Source: Prorocentrum cordatum
Taxonomy: Eukaryota
Length of the DNA stretch: 57,334 nucleotides
NCBI GenBank assembly: GCA_963575745.1
Contig: CAUYUJ010000036.1
Coordinates: 62,001 to 119,334, forward strand
Reading direction: 5' to 3'
The notes under the pieces are model-generated. The model saw only the letters and a list, made by a program, of their open reading frames with translations, did not search any database and was not told the DNA's origin. Position numbers and translations under genes: made by a program. Shown here one piece after another: positions 44,528 to 57,188 of this stretch. Numbering within the stretch: position 1 is the first letter of the stretch; the number at the start of each line of letters is the position of its first letter.

Positions 44528-45614
44528 GAAAGAGCGTGATCCACCGCCGCTTTACTGTGGAAAATTGCCGCCCTCTTCCTCCGGAACCCGGGGGTCCCCC
44601 CCCTCCGAAAATCCCCCCCCCCCCCTGCTGGACCCCCCCCCCCTCCCCTCCCCCGGCAAACCCCCCCCCTCCCCTAACCCCTCCCCCCCCCCTCCCCCTC
44701 GAAAACCGGGGGGGGTCACTACCGGTTCGAACCCCCCCCCCTCGAAAACGGAGGGGGGTCACTACCGGTTCGAACCCCTCCCCACCCCCCTCACCGCCAG
44801 CAAACGACTCCCGGTCCCTACCACCGTCCGCACCACATCCCCCACTGTTGTTCCCAGCACCACTGTCCTCACCACCACTGTCCCCACTGGTTCCACCACC
44901 GTCCCTACTGTCCCCACCAGTGCCCCCACCACTGTCGCACTGTCCCCACTGTCCCCACCACTGTTCCCACCACGGTTCCACTCTCCCCACTTCTCCACGG
45001 CCCCAACCACTGCCCGACTATCCCCACTGTCCCCACTGTCCCACTGACTCCTCCGCTGTCCCACTGAGCTGTCCCACTGTTCCCACCACTGTCCCCACTG
45101 TCCCCACCACTGTCCCCACTGTACCTCTGTCCCATTGTCCCACCGCCGTCCTCGCCACCGCCTTCACCACTGTCCCCACCACCACTGTACCCTCCACTGT
45201 CCCACTGTTTCCACCTCATTCCCACTGTCCCCACACCACTGTCCCCACCACCACCGTCCCCACCACTGTCCACTGTCCCCACTGTTCCCACCATTGTCCT
45301 CACCACTGTCCCCACCACTACCGTCCCCACCACGGTCCCACTGTCCCCACCACTGTCCCGCTGTCCCCTCACCACTGTCCCCACCACCACCGTCCCTACC
45401 ACTGTCCGCACCCCCCCTCGGTTTTCGAGGGGGGGAGGGGGGGGTTCGAACCGGTAGTGACCCCCCCGGTTTCCGGTTTTCGACGGGGGGGGGTTCGAAC
45501 CGGTAGTGACCCCCCCCCCTTTTCATGATGAACTGGGGGTGGGGGGAGGGGTTCGAACCGGTAGTGACCCCCCCCCCCTGGTTTTCCGCCAGCAGCGGTA
45601 GAATACGCTCTTTC
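44528..45614. mobile_element. 1087-bp non-autonomous TIR DNA transposon with 8-bp TSD
   Basis: GAAAGAGCGT...ACGCTCTTTC termini. TCATCTTC at 44520-44527 and 45615-45622. Subterminal GTCACTACCGGTTCGAACCC occurs twice on the left and three times inverted on the right. Internal CCCCACTGT minisatellite. Confidence 0.85.
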
Positions 45615-45625
45615 TCATCTTCTTG

Positions 45626-45740
<115 letters not shown>

Positions 45741-45963
45741 CACATCCGCATCCTCACCTCCTGCTCCTTCTCTTCATTCTACTTCCCCCCCTCCCCCCCC
45801 CTCCCTCCTCCTCCTCCTCCTCATCATCATCATCATCGGTCTACTCCTCCTCCTTCCGCACCCTCATTCCCCCCGTACAGTCCCTCTCCTTTTACGCGTC
45901 CTCCTCCTATCACTACAGAACAATCAGAATCATCATCAGCAGCAGCAGCATCATCATCATCAT

Positions 45964-46023
<60 letters not shown>

Positions 46024-46415
46024 AATCATCAGCAGCAGCAGCAGCATCATCATCATCGTCATCACAATCCTTTCCGCCACCACCACCACCATCATCATCA
46101 CAAATCGTCATCATCAGCAGCATTATCCTTATCATCGACATCATCCTCATCGTCACCACCACCACCAGCACACCACCACCACATCACCACCACCACCAAC
46201 AACACCACCATCAATATCACAATCACCATCTCCATTCTCCTCCTCCTCCTCCACCTCCTCCTCCTCTTCCTCCTCCTCCTCATCTCCGCCCTCCTCTTCC
46301 TCAACAATTACAGGCGGGGTACCGTGCCGGCGGTGGCGCTCTGCAGCGTCGGCAGTGCCAGCGGGCTCGGCAACCCCGAAGCTGCGGCCGCACGCTCCTC
46401 GCGCAGGCAGCTCGC

Positions 46416-46448
<33 letters not shown>

Positions 46449-46620
46449 CGAACACGATGACGAACGACGGCAAAGGCGCCGGAGACGCCGACTACGCCAA
46501 CGACGGCGACAGCCGACCACTGCGACGACGGCGACGACGGCGACAAACGCGACAAAGGCGACGGCGACGGAAGCTGCACGACGGCAGAGGAGGCGGCGGC
46601 TGTGACGACGGCGGCGGCGG

Positions 46621-46830
46621 CTGTGCCCTTGCGGGCTAATCTTCTTATGCCACTGCTCGATGCCCTCTGTTGTCCATCACGTAGCGTCCTGCTACAGGCT
46701 GAACCTCACTCCTTACTCGTTGCTGTGCTGACTGGCGCTAAGGCCACCAATCGCCGAACAAACGAGGACGACGACGACGACGACGACGACGACAACGATG
46801 GCGACGACGACGACGACGACGACGACGCAC
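46621..46830 (+). mobile_element. Retroelement-like 3' end with (GAC)n tail; near-identical copy at 50338-50600
   Basis: About 145 bp, CTGTGCCCTTGCGGGCTAATC...CGCCGAACAAACGAG, differing at only a few bases; each copy is followed by (GAC)n. Confidence 0.7.
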
Positions 46831-47759
46831 GACCGACGACAAACGACGGACGACCGACAACCGACGACCGACGACCAACGACCAACGACCAACGACCAAC
46901 AACCTACGACAAACGACCGACGACCGACGACGACGACGACGACGACGCGGCGACGCGGTGGCGACAGAAGCGACGGAAGCGACGACGTTGACGACGAGCT
47001 GCGCCTCCCTGTGTATTTCCCTTCCCCCCCTCGTCACCTCAGCCTTCCCTCGATGACGTTTCTTCCAAACATGATCCATATCTTCATGTTCCCTTCTTTT
47101 CCTCATCATCGTGTCGTTGTATCCGTCATCGCCGTTCCAATCCGCATCCGCAGCAACATCCGCACTATCACCAACAACCACAACATTCCATCATCATGAT
47201 CATCATCAGCACCATCATCATGACCACCCAATCTCCGCGTCATCATCGTCGTCACCCCCGACGACAACATCAACGTCGACATCAGCATCGCAAGCATCCT
47301 CTTCAACGCCGACATCATCATAAACATGATCACCATCGCCATCATCGTCCCCATCGTTTTTTTCCACCTCTTCGTCCTCCTCTTCCACTGTTGATATTCA
47401 TTCCCCGCGCTCCTCATGTTTCTCCTTCTCTTCCTCGTCCTGCAGTCACAAGCCGAAAAGGCCACGAGGACTTGTAGGATAACCCAGACGCAACGACGAG
47501 CGCCCAGCAGGTGTACCAGAAAAGCCACCAAAAATGTCAACAACATCTTCCTCGGCCCCTTCTCAGGCTGAGAAGAAGGGAGGGGAGGGAGCGAGGGGAA
47601 GAAAGGGAAAGGGAACGGGGAGCACGGAGGAAGGCAGAGGGAGAGAGGGAGGGAGGGAGGGAAGCTGACGGAGGGAGGGGCGCTGAGGAGGAGCGAACGA
47701 AGCCTGATAGAGCTTCGGTTTGTTAGCCGCGCCGCGGCGCCGCCGCGCGCCCAGCTCCG

Positions 47760-49130
47760 CAGCTCAGGTCGTGCAAAAACCTGAGGGCGTGGCGGCGGCG
47801 GAGACGGCATTGCATATGTCGCGAGGGCGCTTGTTGAAGCCGTCCTTGATGATGTGGTAGGTCTCGTCGCCACCGCCAGCCGTGCGGCTGAGTTGACTGA
47901 CGATGCCGTTTCCACCCCACTACTCCGTGTCCAGGGTGGGCAGAACAAGACGAATCATCAGCTCGCTGCTGCAGCACCCAAAAGGCGCCGCGAGGTGGCG
48001 CAGCATCTCGGGGCAGGCGCAGTGCTGGACGGCGACGTCGCCGGTGCAACCGAAGACACAGGAGCGGCGCTGCGGGGCGACATGCATCCGCACAGTTGCC
48101 GCCCAGACCCCAGCGAGCACTTTCATCAAGGCCCACACACGAGCGTGCGCTAACGTCGCCGGGCGCATGCGGAGGCGAAGCCAGCGATCAGGAAGATCCC
48201 CAGGGAGTTGCCCCAGTTGCACGAGATCTGGTGCGCAGATTTCCGCATCAGCGCCATGACCATTACATTATCGCCACGGAGGGGCGGGTCGTCATCGCCA
48301 GGGGCATGGGAACGATGGCCGGGCACCCAGCGGCTTCGAGCGCGGTGTCTAGCCCTTGCACGCCGGCGGAGTGCTGCTTGCCGTCGAGCACGGCGTAGAA
48401 CATTACCCACGCGTCGGGAGCGCGGGTTCGACGAGCGGGCCCGCACGCGCTGGAGGCGTTCCACCCCTCGCGGCAGAGTTCCATGGGAAGCCCGCGCGCC
48501 CTGGGCGCTCGCCTGAAGTAGCGAGACGAAGATGGGGTCCTGCAAGGCGCGGAGGCGCGCTCGACGCACCAGGCCACCCAGCCCGTGTCGCCATTAATGA
48601 AGCGATCTTGAAGAAGAACGTCAGGTAGCCAGTGAGCTGCCCAATGTGCTGCCAGATGTTGAAGACGTTCATACGCTAGCACCGCTCGGCGCGCCGCTAG
48701 GTCATCATGAAGAACGGAAAGAAGATGCGACAGATACCAGGCGGCGATTCGGTTTTGGCTCGTGGTGCGAAAGGTGTGGTGATGCAGCCTATATTGGACA
48801 ACAAGTTGGCGCGCTCTCTGAAGGGTTCGCCGCGCTGAATTTTCGTCGTCACCGACGCTTCCACAGAGTAACGCCGCCATGCCACGGCGCGCAGCATGCT
48901 TGTGAGCAGCCGCGAGAGCACCCTGCGCACAAACGAAAGAGCCTCTTTGAGTGGGAGCCAGGACCCTGGACGAAGAAGTTGGAGCTGGAGGCCCCTGCAA
49001 AGAGCTGCACGACGGACGCCTTGTTCACCCACTTCACGGCGCTCGCGACGTTCAGGTGGTCGAAGGTGCTCTCGCGAAGCTTGCTGCACCAGATAATCCA
49101 GCGGTCGGTCAGGGAGAGGGGCCTTGGAGA
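47760..49130 (-). pseudogene. Degenerate 3' part of a LINE ORF2 (L1/Tx1-like C-terminus)
   Basis: Frameshifted segments FVQGPGS, ERANLLSNIG and WALMKVLAGVWAATVRMH..SCVFGCTGDVAVQHCACP resemble the Cys/His-rich C-terminus of non-LTR ORF2 proteins. Confidence 0.55.
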
Positions 49131-49997
49131 GAGTAAGGAAGAGGGGGAGACAAGGAGGGATGAAGGGGAAGGCAAAGCGGGAGGGCGGGAGGAAAGGAGG
49201 GATGAGGAGGAAGGCGGACGGGGACGAGGTCGCCACAGGTTCTGCGCAGGAGATCACGCCCCCCGGTTCGTCTGCAACCCGTGGCATCCAACATCCCGTA
49301 TTGTACAGCTCACCGCGCTTCAGTTCCCAACAAAGTAGCCATGTTGTACTGTTTCAAGAAGGTGGCTGGGGTTATGTAGTGGGTAGGGGAACCACTTTCA
49401 GCGAATGCCACTACTGCAGACCAGTTGCACCGCGACTTCTGTAAAGCGACCACCCGACCAAGATGTTCGATCACTCCTAGTTAGTAACAAGCATGCCCGT
49501 GTCATCACACAGCGTACCAGCCAGGCCCTAGGATTGCTACCAGTCTCACCAGCACACCGCAGAGCCCATACCCCTGTACAGTACGGGTTGCGTACATATG
49601 CAGCACCTGCAGTCTCCTGCGAGCCAGCCCTTTGACCCACAGTCACACACACACAATTCCGCCACTCCTGTCCCCTCTGGCTTCATCCTTCTCACTCACC
49701 TCACCCCCCTGCGGCTCAACCCTGCCTGGCTGCAAGGCAGGGCTGACCAGCCACCGCCGCCCAGCCCCGCACACCCAGCCAAACTCGCGGCAGCCGGCCT
49801 GCGCAAGCGAGCTCTCCAACTGCGCGGCAAGCGCGCGCACGCGCGCGCGCGCGAGGCGGCGAGCGGGCCCGCACGGCTGGCTCCGGTGTGAGCCGAAGCG
49901 CCGTGGCCGTGCTGGGCCATCGGCGGAAAGGGGCGTCCGCATTGGGGGCGGTGTCGTGGCGGGCCGCCCAAAGCACAGCTTGCACTACAGAGCAGCC

Positions 49998-50134
49998 CCT
50001 GGCTTTAGGTCGGGCATGTCCCCCCCAAAAACTATTCCAAAATATAAACATGGTCCAAAAAATCATCCCCGGACGATTCTTTGTCTATATTTGAGTACTC
50101 CTCATGTAGAGGGACAGGCCCGATTTAAGCCTGG
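49998..50134. mobile_element. MITE family C; further copies at 54320-54482 and 55860-55999
   Basis: TAGGTCGGGCA(TGTCCC) left end, GAGGGAC..GCCCGA right end, AT-rich core in all three. Confidence 0.65.
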
Positions 50135-50483
50135 CTCCGTCCAACATGTCGGTCTTGCCGCGGGTGGCAGAGAGGGGAAAAGCGTGGAGTCGCTTGTTAC
50201 TCAGCTCGAGTGCCTGGTGCGCTGGGTCCGTCATGCTTTCCTAGCCCTGTTCGGATGCTTCCTCATGATGTGTATGGCTTTCGCTTGGTTAATTACTCCC
50301 CTCCAAGCCCCCTCCGAATTGCAGTTCACTGCTTACTCTGTGCCCTTGCGGGCTAATCTTCTTATGCCACTGCTCGATGCCCTCTGTTGTCCATCACGTA
50401 GAGTCCTGCTACAGGCTGAACCTCACTCCTTACCCGTTGCTGTGCTGACTGGCGCTAAGGCCACCAATCGCCGAACAAACGAG

Positions 50484-50519
<36 letters not shown>

Positions 50520-50527
50520 AACAACGA

Positions 50528-50558
<31 letters not shown>

Positions 50559-50568
50559 AACGACGGCA

Positions 50569-50606
<38 letters not shown>

Positions 50607-50819
50607 AGCGGGGACCACCGGATCCTCGCTGCAGAGCAGCTGCCGCCGGGTCGAGGCCAGCTCCCTCTGGAGCGCGTCGCATTCATCCTGCCACGCCCTC
50701 GACGTCGCCAACGCCACCGCCTCCGTCGCCCCCGACCTCACCGTCATCGTCGTCGTCGTCGTCGTCGTTGTTTTCGCCGCCATCGTCGTCATCGTCGTCG
50801 TCGCCGCCGCCGTTGTCTT

Positions 50820-51550
50820 CTTCCTCCACCTCCTCCTCCTCTCCTCCTCCTCCTCCTCTCCTCCTCCTCCTCCTCCATCTCCTCCTTCTCCTTCTCCTTC
50901 TCCTTCTCCTCCTCCTCCTCCTCTCCTCCTCTTCCTCCTCCTCCTCCTCCTCCTCCTCCACCCTCTCCTCCTCCTCCTCCTCCTCCTCCTCCTCCTCCTC
51001 CTCCTCCTCCTCCTCCTCCTCCTCCTCCTCCTCCTCCGTTTTCTTTCTCTTTACCCCTCAGCGGGAGGGAGTCGGAACATGGCGAGCTGAGACAACGGCA
51101 ACTCAAAATCGATGCCACGACCCATCCCGGGGTCCAGACGCACCACTTTCTCTAGCTGTGTCCCGCCGTGTTGATGAGGGGGGCTACCGAGATCCAACTG
51201 CCGCTGTCTGGAATTGCCTTCCCCGAGAAAAGGCGGGAGGAGGAGGAGGAGGAGGAGGAGGAGAAGAAAGAGGAGAAAGAGGAGAAAGAGGAGAAAGAGA
51301 GGAGGAGGAGGAGGAGGAGGAGGAGGAGAAGGAGAAGGAGAAGGAGAAGGAGAAGGAGAAGGAGAAGGAGAAGGAGAAGGAGAAGGAGAAGGAGGAGAGG
51401 AGGGGGAGGAGCTGTCTGGAATGGCCCTCCCGTGAGTGAGGGAGGAGGAGGATGAGGAGGGGAAAGAGAAGAGAGAGGAGAAAGAGGAGGAGAGGAGGAG
51501 GAGGGAGGAGGGAGAAGGAGGAGGGAGGAGGGAGAAGTGAGGGAGGAGGA
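50820..51550. repeat. (CCT)n 50820-51036 and (GGA)/(GAGAAG)n 51238-51550
   Basis: Directly visible. Confidence 0.9.
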
Positions 51551-51743
51551 TGAGCACAACGGATCTACTGCTGCAGAGGCCTCGCGCGCGGCGCCGCGCG
51601 GCGGGCGGTGCCGTCCTGACGCTCCTGCAGTTCGGCCGCTTGCCGCCGCAGCTGCGCCTGGGCGCCGGGTAGCTGAGCAGGTCGGGGGGGCACACGGGCG
51701 GGAACTTCCTGCAGAATTCCCACTCCCCCCTAAAAAAAAAAAC

Positions 51744-51927
51744 TCCAGGGATGCGAAGATAGTTATCGAGTCTCAAGCTTTTTTCTGCACTTTCGGCTTC
51801 CAGGGGCCCCCTCGGGACCCTGGGACTGCCAAAAAGCGGCTCAGGACGAGATGCTAGTCCCAGGTCAAGGGTCGAGAGGTCAGGGGCCCCGGTGCTCGAA
51901 AAGATCAGGTCGTCGGAAGAATCGGGG
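51744..51927 (+). mobile_element. Diverged MITE family A copy
   Basis: TTCGGC..AGGGGCCC..AAAAAGCGGCTCAGGA..GGGTCGAGA in family order. Confidence 0.55.
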
Positions 51928-54900
51928 CTACGGCCAGGAACTTTGGCTGGGCGTGTCGCGACGACGAGAAAAGGAAAACAAGAACAAAAAAAACACTGGC
52001 TGGAGCGTCCACCCCCCCCAGGTGCAACATCCCTCTGCCCCGCTGCTCTGGCAGCTCGGCGCCCCCGCCCGGCCAGCCCCGTGGCCAGGCGCCCTCGCCC
52101 ACCCGGCTGGCTGTGCGCGCACTGGCTCCAGGCCGGCAGCTCCGCCGCTCCCCGCCGCTTGCCGCACCGCCGCCGTCGGGGCCTCACTGGGCTGGCGGGC
52201 GGTGCCTGCTGCCCGCTGCTTCTGCAGCTGTGCGCCCCCGCCTGGCCAGCCCTGCGGCCGGGCGTCTCCGCGCCACCCTCGGGGAACTCCGGGCCCGGGT
52301 CCATCCAGACCCGGGCCAGTCCCGCCTTGCAGGGTCCTGCAAGGTCCTGCGGGACCCTGCGCCCTCATCCGGGCCAGTGTGTCCTGCAGGATTCTGCAGG
52401 ATCCCGAGCCCCGTTTGCATTGAACCCCGTCTCCCTGGCCCCGACACCCGGCCGTGATGCGTGCACTGGTCGGGCCTGCGGCCCTCCCCGTCCCGCCTCT
52501 TACCGCCCTGCCGATGGCCGGCGGCTCCCCGCCGCGCTGCGCCACTTCAGTCGACGGCGCTTTGCAACTCAGCAGCCCCCAGCAGTGTTGCAGCTCTGCT
52601 TCGCAGCCCTCGACAGCTTTGCCGCCGGCAGACCTGCAGCTCTGCTCCAAGCAGCTCAGCATGGCAGTATAGCAGCATTTTGCTGCAGCGAGCTGGTCGC
52701 TGGCCTTCCCGCATCGCGATGGTGCCGTACCTTTGCAGCAAAGCCTGTCGCCCACAGCCTCCTGAAGAACACCCGGATGCCGCCCGCTTCTATGGGTTCG
52801 CTCACCGCTCTTCTTCCTCCTCCTCCCTCCTCCTCCTCCTCCTCCTCCTCCTCCTCCTCCTCCTTCTCCTCCTCCTTCTGCGCCTGCAGCCTCTGCCTCA
52901 GCCTCAGCCCCCGAGTGTGACCGTGATGCCGCTCCGCGTCCACTGCAAGGCTGCCTCAGCACAAGCTGGCCGCACTGGCCACTCCTATCGAAGGTCTGTG
53001 TGCAATGAGTGCCCTCCCGCTGTCTCCCGCCTTCCGCGGCCGCCCTCTGCCTCCTTCTCCCCTTCTGCAGCTGGCCCCTGGCCAGCAAGAGCGCGCGTGC
53101 AGAACGCCTCTGCCGCGCTGCGAGGCAAAAAGTGCCGCGGCGACACGCAATGCGCCACAGGCGGACAGCATGTCGCTCCGCGCCGCGTGGCGGGGGGCGG
53201 GGAGAAGAGGCTCGGGACGCCGACGCCTGGGGGCCGGGACGTGGTTCGCGTGTGGCGCCGAGGCGTGGTGGGCATGAACCGGCAGCGCGGCACGCTGAGC
53301 CACAGTTCCTGGTCGGAAAGGCGGGGCGGGGGCACCCCGCTCGGGCGCCCTGGCCAGGGGCAGTGAATATGTATAGATCTCGTCGCCCCGTGGGGCGGGG
53401 GCAGAAAGGGGGGGGTCCGAGGGACATCGCTCCGCACGGCCACGGCCACCACGACGACCCAACTGCCAGGGGCACCAGTACTACGAGTGCCAGCTGCCAC
53501 CGTGCCTCACCCCTGCAGCTCAGCCCCCCGCAACACCAGCGGGGGCCCAAGAATCTGAAGGACGCCGGCAGCCAGGTGAGCCCCCACGGGGTGCCCGATA
53601 CCCTGGCGTCGATCGGACCAGCATGGGGCAGGGTCCCTGGCGACCCCAGTGTCGGGACAAAAACGCGACGCTGTCACCAACCACGACCAGAGCCCTGGAC
53701 CCCGTCTCTTGAGCAGGGACCGACCGTCCCGGCATTCCTATAGGCCTGCCACGAAGCGTTCTTGGATCACAGAAATGCTCTAAGAACAGAGACAATGCTC
53801 TTAGAACAGAAGCTCGGTGTGTTAAAGCAAGACTGCCTCAGCCAGAAATGTTCTAAGAACATCTCGTGCAGACCACAACAGGTTCTCAGAACATTTGTTG
53901 GTGGGCCTGCAGGCGAGCTGGGACGCTTCGCCACTGCTTGAGAGTCTCTCTGCGGCACCTCTCTGTCTGCGGCACCTCTCGAGCTGGACCCTGGCGGCGC
54001 GCGCCAAGGGCGGTGAGAGGCGAGGGAGGCGAGAGAGGCGAGGGAGGCGAGGGAAGCTTCTGAGCGGCAGGGGCCCCCCTCAAAAGCCCTGCCGTCCTCC
54101 AAGGGAGCCTTCTTGGAAGCCTCGAGGGGAGCTCCTCGGTCGTTCGAGCTGCCTCGAGCTGGCATGCCCTCGCGACAGCCACGGTCGACACGCCAGGCTT
54201 CGATGCCAACGATATGGTGTCGCATTCCCCGCATCGCTCACTCGGTGGGCAGCGGCTTGTCCCTACTTTGGGGCCTGAGTCCCCCTGCCTCGGGGCCCTT
54301 CTGAGAAGGCGCCTGCCCTCTCAGACATAGGTCGGGCACGTCCTCCGAATTACGGGCGGATTCTGGAAGGATAACGGAAGACAGTCAGAACAAAAAGATT
54401 CCAAAATGATCCGGAGAGAACGAAAATCGTCTCCGGACTATGTCTTGACTCCTGTAGAGGGACATGCACGATTTAACCTTGGAAGCCCCCCGCCTGCCCA
54501 GAAGCCCACTCTCCTCGCGCGGCCCCCCAGTCGGCGCGCCGCCGAGGAGCGGGAGAAGGAGGACCTAAAGAGCGCCGGGCGGGCCGAAAGGAAGCTGGGT
54601 GTACGCGAGGGCGGCCGTGCGATGGCTCAGGGGGGAGGCATGTGGACCTGGGGTCGGCGATGCATCTGAAGGAGAAGCAAGCGAGGACTGCGACCAAGAC
54701 CGAACGCGGAAGCGTCGGTGTCGATCTTGGTGCTCGTCTATCTTGGTCGTCGTTATTCCAGGGATCATTCTCGCGAATCGGCGACGGCCGGCATGGACCA
54801 TGACCAAGACTGGCGTCGACAAAATCCAGCGACATCTTGGTCCCCAGACCCCTGACCTCGTGATTTTTTCATGACGAGACCGACAGAGGTCATCGACCTG

Positions 54901-55500
54901 GAATCGGTGATACATCGCCGATAGATCGGCGATAGGCCCCTGATAGCGAATCCGCACCTTCCTGGGCGGGCTGGGGCTATCGGGCCCCTATCGGCGATCA
55001 ATGGGCGATTGGGGGTCGATGCATCCCCCCCTATGCCTATCTCCCCCTATCGTTGCCCCCGAGGACTGCCCACGAACAGCCCCAACGCCAGGCAGCGAAT
55101 CATCAGAGTGGGAAGGCCAGCGGCGAAGGGCGAAGCCCCCGAAAAAAAGCGAGACCAGTTAGCAAGCCATGGACACGGCCGCCAGCCACCTCAGCTGTCT
55201 TTTTGCCCTCTGGATGTGCACATCCAGTCACTGCCCATGGCATGCCACGTCTCACTTCCCAATCCGGGCCATACGTCACAGCCTGGCGATGGTGAGCGCG
55301 AATTAGGCGCGGCGCGTGGTTACCCTACGCTCGCGGCGGCGAGGGCACGGCTGCAGGGGGCGAGCGCCCCAGAGGAGGAGGCGCGGGAGGAGGGAGCAGG
55401 CGGGGAGGCGGCATGGCACCTGGAGCCCCTCGGCGAGCCGCGGCACACCCCGCAGCGCGGCGGCCGAGGGCCCCCGGGGCGGCCGAGCGCGAGTCGGGCC

Positions 55501-55691
55501 GGGCAAAAGGAGGGGATAGCAAAGGGGGGGGCTGAGAATCCGCTCACGTAATTAGCTGATTTTCCCGGCGCCTCCCGGCGCCGGGAGGCGCCCATGTGTC
55601 GAGGGATGGGCCCGGCGGCGGGGCCGAAACCAGCTGCATGCAGCAGATTTCGTACCCCCCCCTTTCCCTATCCCCCCCTTTCGTTTTGCCC
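55501..55691. mobile_element. MITE-like foldback with GGGCAAAA termini
   Basis: GGGCAAAAGGAGGGGATAGCAAAGGGGGGG versus CCCCCCCTTTCCCTATCCCCCCTT..TTTTGCCC. Confidence 0.6.
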
Positions 55692-56409
55692 GAGCGAGGG
55701 TCAGCGTGGCGTAGCGCGACCTGGTGGCGTCCGCCGCCCCCGGCGGCACACCGAGACCCTCCGACGTACTGCTCTCCTCACACCGTGAACCCCCGGAGGT
55801 CTCGACCCGTTGCCCGGGACGGGCTCTTCGTCCGAGTCACTTGATGATGGCCCCGGGGACCAGCGTTAGGTCGGGCATAATAAAAGATAGTTCAAAGATC
55901 TTCAAAATCAGTCATAAATACTGGAAAATTGTCCCCTGATTATTTTTTTACTATTTTCGAACACTCCTCCTGTATGAGGGACGCGTCCCGACCTGAGCCC
56001 ATTGAGGGCGGCCCGCCTGGGCCCGAGAACGGCCAAGACAGAACCTTCCAATGGCGACCCCTTCGCGACGCGAGGAGGGGTCTCCGATGGGACCTCTTCC
56101 ATCCGCGAGCCCAGCGCTGCCGAGCCCTTCTCTCTGGGGGCAGTCCTTCGCCCCAGATACATGTCTGCTGCCCCCGGGAGCCACTCGCACACGGCCCTGG
56201 CGGCCCGAAGCGCTCGTGTGGCCCTCCCCGGGGAGCATCTCCTGCGGCCTTGGGGGGGGGATCTCCTCCGGAGGTCCTCGGACGTGGTCGACACCTGGAC
56301 GAAAGCTGGACGACAGGGGCCTTCGCACGCCCTCGGGGCCCGCGCCTCACTGCCCCGCGGCGCCCTCGGCCCCACCCGCTGGCGCGGCGGCCTCCCCGGC
56401 GGCCTCCTC

Positions 56410-56796
56410 TTAGTGCTCGGCGGCCTCCTGCGCCGCCGCCTCCTCGGGCTGGGCGGCCTCGGCGCCGGCGGCCTCCTCGGCGGCCTCCTCGGCGGCCTCC
56501 TCGGCGGCCTCCTCGGCCTCGGCGGCCTCGGCGCTGGCGGCCTCCTCGGCGGCCTCCCCGGCGGCGGCGGCGGCCTCGGTGCTGGCGGCCTCCTCGGCGG
56601 CCTCCTCGGGGGCGGCCCGCTCGGCCTCGGCGGCCTCCTTGGCGGCGAGCTCCTGCAGGTAGAGGGCGTGCTGCTCCTCAGCGTAGCGCCGCTCCTCCTC
56701 CCGGCGGGCGGCGAGGCGGGCGCGCTTCGCCGCCTGCGCCTCCCGGGCGCAGGCCTTCCGCTGCTCGGCCTCGGCCCTGCTCCTGGCGGCCTTCTC
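56410..56796 (-). CDS. Exon of an Ala/Glu-rich, probably helical or coiled-coil protein (possible terminal exon)
   Basis: GCAG|GAG acceptor. 129 codons, EKAARSRAEAEQRKACAREAQAAKRARLAARREEERRYAEEQHALYLQELAAKEAAEAE...EAAEH*. Strong GAG/GCC codon bias. Frame is absent from the ORF track. Confidence 0.75.
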   Translation of the reverse strand, partial: EKAARSRAEAEQRKACAREAQAAKRARLAARREEERRYAEEQHALYLQELAAKEAAEAERAAPEEAAEEAASTEAAAAAGEAAEEAASAEAAEAEEAAEEAAEEAAEEAAGAEAAQPEEAAAQEAAEH

Positions 56797-56829
56797 CTGC
56801 CTTTGATCGGGGAGGGGAGCGAAGAGAGC

Positions 56830-57022
56830 GCAGCACGAGTCGTGGAAGAGTCACGAAGGAAGGTTTTCTGGCAGTGGTCTTTCTCTGTGGGCCCTTGTTG
56901 GGCCTCGGGGCCGTCAGAAGATGACTCGGAATGAGAAACGGGTCCAAAGGAATGGGTCGAGAACTCTGAAGGCCGAGGCCATGGAAAAAGCAAGAAATCA
57001 AGACGTCGGGGGTCCACACTGG
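56830..57022 (+). mobile_element. Diverged MITE family A copy inside the predicted intron 56797-57188
   Basis: GGGCCTCGGGGCCGTCA..GACTCGG..GGAATGGGTCGAGAACTCTG..GACGTCGGGGGTC. Confidence 0.7.
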
Positions 57023-57188
57023 GTATGATGGGTGCGAGCCGTCGAAACCCCGAGGGGGGCTCCCGTTCGAGCGGGAACCCCTATCCGACAACACACGCAC
57101 ACACATAGACCCCCAAAAAAATGCACACCGAGAAATCTGGGCGTCGCATAGGGGTGGGTGTTAGCTGTCAGCTCATGAGAAAACATAC

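Noticed and set aside
44714..45570. tRNA genes suggested by GGTTCGAACCC
   Set aside because: No A-box, cloverleaf or acceptor stem; the motifs are subterminal repeats of a TIR element.
55908..57017. Listed Gly/Leu-rich and Pro/Arg-rich ORFs
   Set aside because: They are shadow frames of the Ala/Glu-rich minus-strand exon at 56410-56796.
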